Positions 7,619 through 10,137 of a stretch of 10,137 nucleotides of DNA are shown here, one piece after another. The stretch's first letter is position 1, and every line of letters starts with the position of its first letter. Origin of the DNA: Candidatus Fraserbacteria bacterium (GTDB lineage Bacteria; Bipolaricaulota; Bipolaricaulia; RBG-16-55-9; JANLFV01); assembly GCA_037446135.1 (NCBI GenBank), contig JBBIJD010000059.1:1-10137 (forward strand), read 5' to 3'. The translations under genes were made by a program, and so were the position numbers. Under the pieces are notes generated by a model that was not told the DNA's origin, did no database searches, and worked only from the letters and a program-made list of their open reading frames with translations.

Positions 7619-9100
7619 ATGGAGACGGTGAATGGCGGACCGCAGAGCGGTGGATCGCGAGGAACGATCCTCCAAGGCGGACCCCGAAGGGGTGGATCGC
7701 GAGGAACGATCCTCATCGGGCTGGAGATCCATGTCCAGCTCAAGACTAAGACCAAGCTATTCTGCGGCTGCCGGGCCGACTCCGCCGGCCCGACGCCGCC
7801 GAACTCACGGACCTGCCCGGTCTGCCTGGGGATGCCGGGGGCCCTGCCGGTCCTGAACAGGCGGGCGGTCGAGCTGGCAGTCCGGGCCGCGCTCGCCTTC
7901 CATTGCCAGATCCATCCCAGGTCCAGCTTCGCTCGGAAGAACTACTTCTACCCCGACCTCCCCAAGGGCTACCAGATCTCTCAGTATGATGAGCCGCTCG
8001 CGAGCGGTGGTTGGCTCGGGCTGGGAGAGCGGCAAATCAGGCTCCGCCGGCTCCATCTCGAGGAGGACGCGGCCAAGCTGGTCCACCAGGAGGGCCGGAG
8101 CCTGATCGACTTCAACCGTGCTGGAGTCCCCTTGATCGAGATCGTCACCGCGCCGGAGATCCGCTCCCCAAAGGAGGCCCGTGCGCTCCTCCAGTCCGTC
8201 CGCCAGACCCTCCGCTATCTCGATGTCTCGGATTGCGATATGGAAGAGGGCCAGCTCCGCTGCGATGCGAACATCTCCCTCTCCCGCGCCGGTCAGGCCG
8301 GGGTCCGGACGGAGATCAAGAATCTGAACTCGCTCAAGGCCCTCGAGGAGGCCCTCTCTTATGAAGCGGAGCGCCAGCGAGAGCTCCTGGAAGAGGGGGA
8401 AGAGGTCGAGCAGCAGACCCTCACTTGGGATGCCACGAGCGGGCGGGCCGTCCCGATCCGGGCCAAAGAGGAGGCCGAGGACTACCGCTACTTCCCCGAG
8501 CCGGACCTCCCTCCAATGCTCATCGAGCCAGATTGGGTGGAAGAGATCCGCCGTGGGCTCCCGGAGCTACCGGAGGAGCGTCGCCGCCGCTGGCAGGAAG
8601 AGTATGGCCTCCCGGAATACGATATCGCGGTCCTCACCGAGGAGAAGGAGATCGCGGACTACTTCGAGGGGGTCGTCCGGCTCTATCCCAATCCGAAGGA
8701 AGTGAGCAATTGGATGATGACCGAGCTCCTCCGGCTGGCGAAGGAGGGCGAACTTAGGCTCAGGCCGGCCGACTTCGCCCGCATCTTGCGGCTGGTCGAG
8801 GAGGGGAAGCTCAACCGGACCGCGGGGAAGGAATTACTGGCCGAGGCCTTTCGGACCGGGAAGGGGCCGGAGGAGCTCCTCAAGGGGAGGGAACTGCTCC
8901 AGATCTCGGATGCGGACGAGCTGAGCGCGGCCGTGACCGCGGTCATCGCCGAGAACCCCCAGGCCGTCGCCGACTACCTTAACGGGAAGGGGCGGGCCCT
9001 GAGCTTCCTCCTCGGCCAATTGATGAGAAAGACCAAAGGGAGAGCCAACCCGAAGCTGGCCCGCGAGCTCCTCCTTAAGGAGCTTTCGCCCCCAGCCTAA
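7619..9100 (+). CDS. gatB: Asp-tRNA(Asn)/Glu-tRNA(Gln) amidotransferase subunit B, with a 28-aa N-terminal repeat insertion
   Basis: IGLEIHVQLKTKTKLFC, CPVCLGMPGALP, FARKNYFYPDLPKGYQISQ, HLEEDAAK, DFNRAGVPLIEIV, LRCDANIS, EIKNLNS, DYRYFPEPDLP and a YqeY-like tail. Start revised from 7514 to ATG 7619 (METV...). Confidence 0.96.
   Translation: METVNGGPQSGGSRGTILQGGPRRGGSRGTILIGLEIHVQLKTKTKLFCGCRADSAGPTPPNSRTCPVCLGMPGALPVLNRRAVELAVRAALAFHCQIHPRSSFARKNYFYPDLPKGYQISQYDEPLASGGWLGLGERQIRLRRLHLEEDAAKLVHQEGRSLIDFNRAGVPLIEIVTAPEIRSPKEARALLQSVRQTLRYLDVSDCDMEEGQLRCDANISLSRAGQAGVRTEIKNLNSLKALEEALSYEAERQRELLEEGEEVEQQTLTWDATSGRAVPIRAKEEAEDYRYFPEPDLPPMLIEPDWVEEIRRGLPELPEERRRRWQEEYGLPEYDIAVLTEEKEIADYFEGVVRLYPNPKEVSNWMMTELLRLAKEGELRLRPADFARILRLVEEGKLNRTAGKELLAEAFRTGKGPEELLKGRELLQISDADELSAAVTAVIAENPQAVADYLNGKGRALSFLLGQLMRKTKGRANPKLARELLLKELSPPA
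7631..7714. repeat. Tandem 2 x 42-bp repeat with double-hairpin units, in frame within gatB
   Basis: Unit 1 (7631..7672) is AAT-GGCGG-ACCGC-AGA-GCGGT-GGATCG-CGAGGAA-CGATCC-TC. Unit 2 (7673..7714) is CAA-GGCGG-ACCCC-GAA-GGGGT-GGATCG-CGAGGAA-CGATCC-TC. The 39-bp cores match at 35/39 positions. They encode NGGPQSGGSRGTIL and QGGPRRGGSRGTIL. Confidence 0.95.
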
Positions 9101-10137
9101 TCGCACCTGGTATAGCCGCAATCCTGGCAGAGGTAGCACCCCCCGGTGAAGAGCAAGACCCCGCCACACATGGGGCAGAGGTCCAACTCCTTCTTCCCGT
9201 CCTCCTTCGCCTCTTTGGTCGGGAGGAGCTTGAGCGGGGGCGGTCCATGATTCTCGATCAGCTTCAGTTGCTCCCCGCCCTTGAGGTATTCAGCCAGGGC
9301 CTTGGCGATCGCGTCCGGGACGGAGAAGACGATCTCCCCATCCTCTTGGATGATCGGGCGTGAGCCGCGGATCAACTGCAACTGGTCGATGATCGCGCTC
9401 GGCTTGATCCCGCTCCGCAGGGCGAGCGAGATCAGCCGCCCGATCGCCTCAGTGAAGGCCATCGAGGCCGAGCCGGACTTACCCAGCTGGACGAAGACCT
9501 CGAATGGGCCGTGCTCGTCCTCGTTGACCGTCACGAAGAGGCTCCCCATCTCCGTCTTGAAGTTATAAGTCTTCCCCTTCACCACCTTCGGGCGGGAGCG
9601 GGGGAGGCGGGCCTGCCGGCGGAGGGGCTCCCGGGCCTGCGCGGCCTCCCTCTCAGTGAGCATGATCCCCTGGCGCGAGCCCTCCCGGTAGACTGTCACA
9701 CCCTTGCAGCCTTGCCGCCAGGCCTCGAGATAGATCCGCTCCACATCCTGAGGGGTCGCCTCCTTGGGGAGGTTGACCGTGCTGGAGATGGCATGGTCGA
9801 TGTGCTTCTGGATCGCCGCCTGCATCTTGATCCGCATCTCCGGGGCGATCTCGTGGGCCGTGACGAACTCTGGCGGGAGGGCGGCGGGAAGCTCGCTCTC
9901 CTCGAGCCCCTGCCGGGCCAGGTAATCCCGAACGAGGGGGTGGAGGACATGGAACTCCTCCTGGCCCAAGGATTCGGAGCGGCGGACATAGCTCAAGGAG
10001 AAGAGGGGCTCGATCCCCGAGGAGACACCCGCGAGGACCGAGCCGCTCCCGACCGGCGGGACGGTCAAGAGGGCCGCATTCCGCAGGCCATGCTCCTTGA
10101 TCTCCTTCTGCAAGGCCGGGTCAAGCCGCTGGATGAA
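9097..10137 (-). CDS. nrdJ: Class II adenosylcobalamin-dependent ribonucleotide reductase, C-terminal part (5' end outside window)
   Basis: The frame is open to the window edge (FIQRLDPALQKEIKEHGLRN...). Motifs: GLRNAALLT, SSGIEP, MQAAIQKHIDHAISSTVN and KGVTVYREGSR (no class I YY pair). A TSCPD-like domain (RPKVVKGKT...FEVF...GKSG...EAIGRLISLALR...SVPDAIAKAL) and a Cys-rich zinc-ribbon tail (CPMCGG...CYLCQDCGYTRCD) follow. Confidence 0.9.
   Translation of the reverse strand, partial: FIQRLDPALQKEIKEHGLRNAALLTVPPVGSGSVLAGVSSGIEPLFSLSYVRRSESLGQEEFHVLHPLVRDYLARQGLEESELPAALPPEFVTAHEIAPEMRIKMQAAIQKHIDHAISSTVNLPKEATPQDVERIYLEAWRQGCKGVTVYREGSRQGIMLTEREAAQAREPLRRQARLPRSRPKVVKGKTYNFKTEMGSLFVTVNEDEHGPFEVFVQLGKSGSASMAFTEAIGRLISLALRSGIKPSAIIDQLQLIRGSRPIIQEDGEIVFSVPDAIAKALAEYLKGGEQLKLIENHGPPPLKLLPTKEAKEDGKKELDLCPMCGGVLLFTGGCYLCQDCGYTRCD

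Noticed and set aside
7631..7714. Mini CRISPR array (24-bp identical palindromic repeat GGTGGATCGCGAGGAACGATCCTC)
   Set aside because: There are only two copies, the 18-bp intervening segments are homologous to each other rather than unique spacers, it lies in frame in a CDS, and no cas genes or leader are present.
7619..7720. T-box, tRNA-like element or spliced intron at the gatB 5' end
   Set aside because: There is no T-box consensus, T-loop, cloverleaf, convincing bulge-helix-bulge or group I/II core. RNA-level removal cannot be excluded without RT-PCR but has no support in the sequence.
7514..7755. Head-to-head overlap of extended gatB (start 7514) and sufS (start 7755) from the ORF track
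   Set aside because: Family similarity begins at about 7557/7545 for SufS and 7619 for GatB. The extensions are read-through of the promoter region and the stop-free repeat.
7772..7792. 7-bp inverted repeat CGGGCCG-N7-CGGCCCG in gatB
   Set aside because: It is an all-GC stem within a normally aligned coding region with no U-tract, and is expected by chance at this GC content.

Overview
GC-rich, very compact bacterial housekeeping region. The + strand carries a coupled run of valS (5'-truncated), folC, uppS and cdsA. It converges, with overlapping stop codons, on a - strand unit of a SufS-type cysteine desulfurase, a DUF47/PhoU-like protein and a short PiT-family anion permease. Across a 61-bp intergenic region with two overlapping promoter-like motifs lies a divergent, stand-alone gatB, which converges (again with overlapping stops) on the C-terminal part of a class II (B12-dependent) ribonucleotide reductase. 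The standout feature is an 84-bp in-frame insertion after codon 4 of gatB, splitting the expected METV|IGLEIHVQL N-terminus. It is two tandem 42-bp units, each with a double hairpin. The units differ by a compensatory base-pair swap and are stop-free in all six frames, which suggests a small palindromic repeat element that colonises coding sequence, or an in-gene structured regulatory element. No transposase, CRISPR array or RNA gene is evident.
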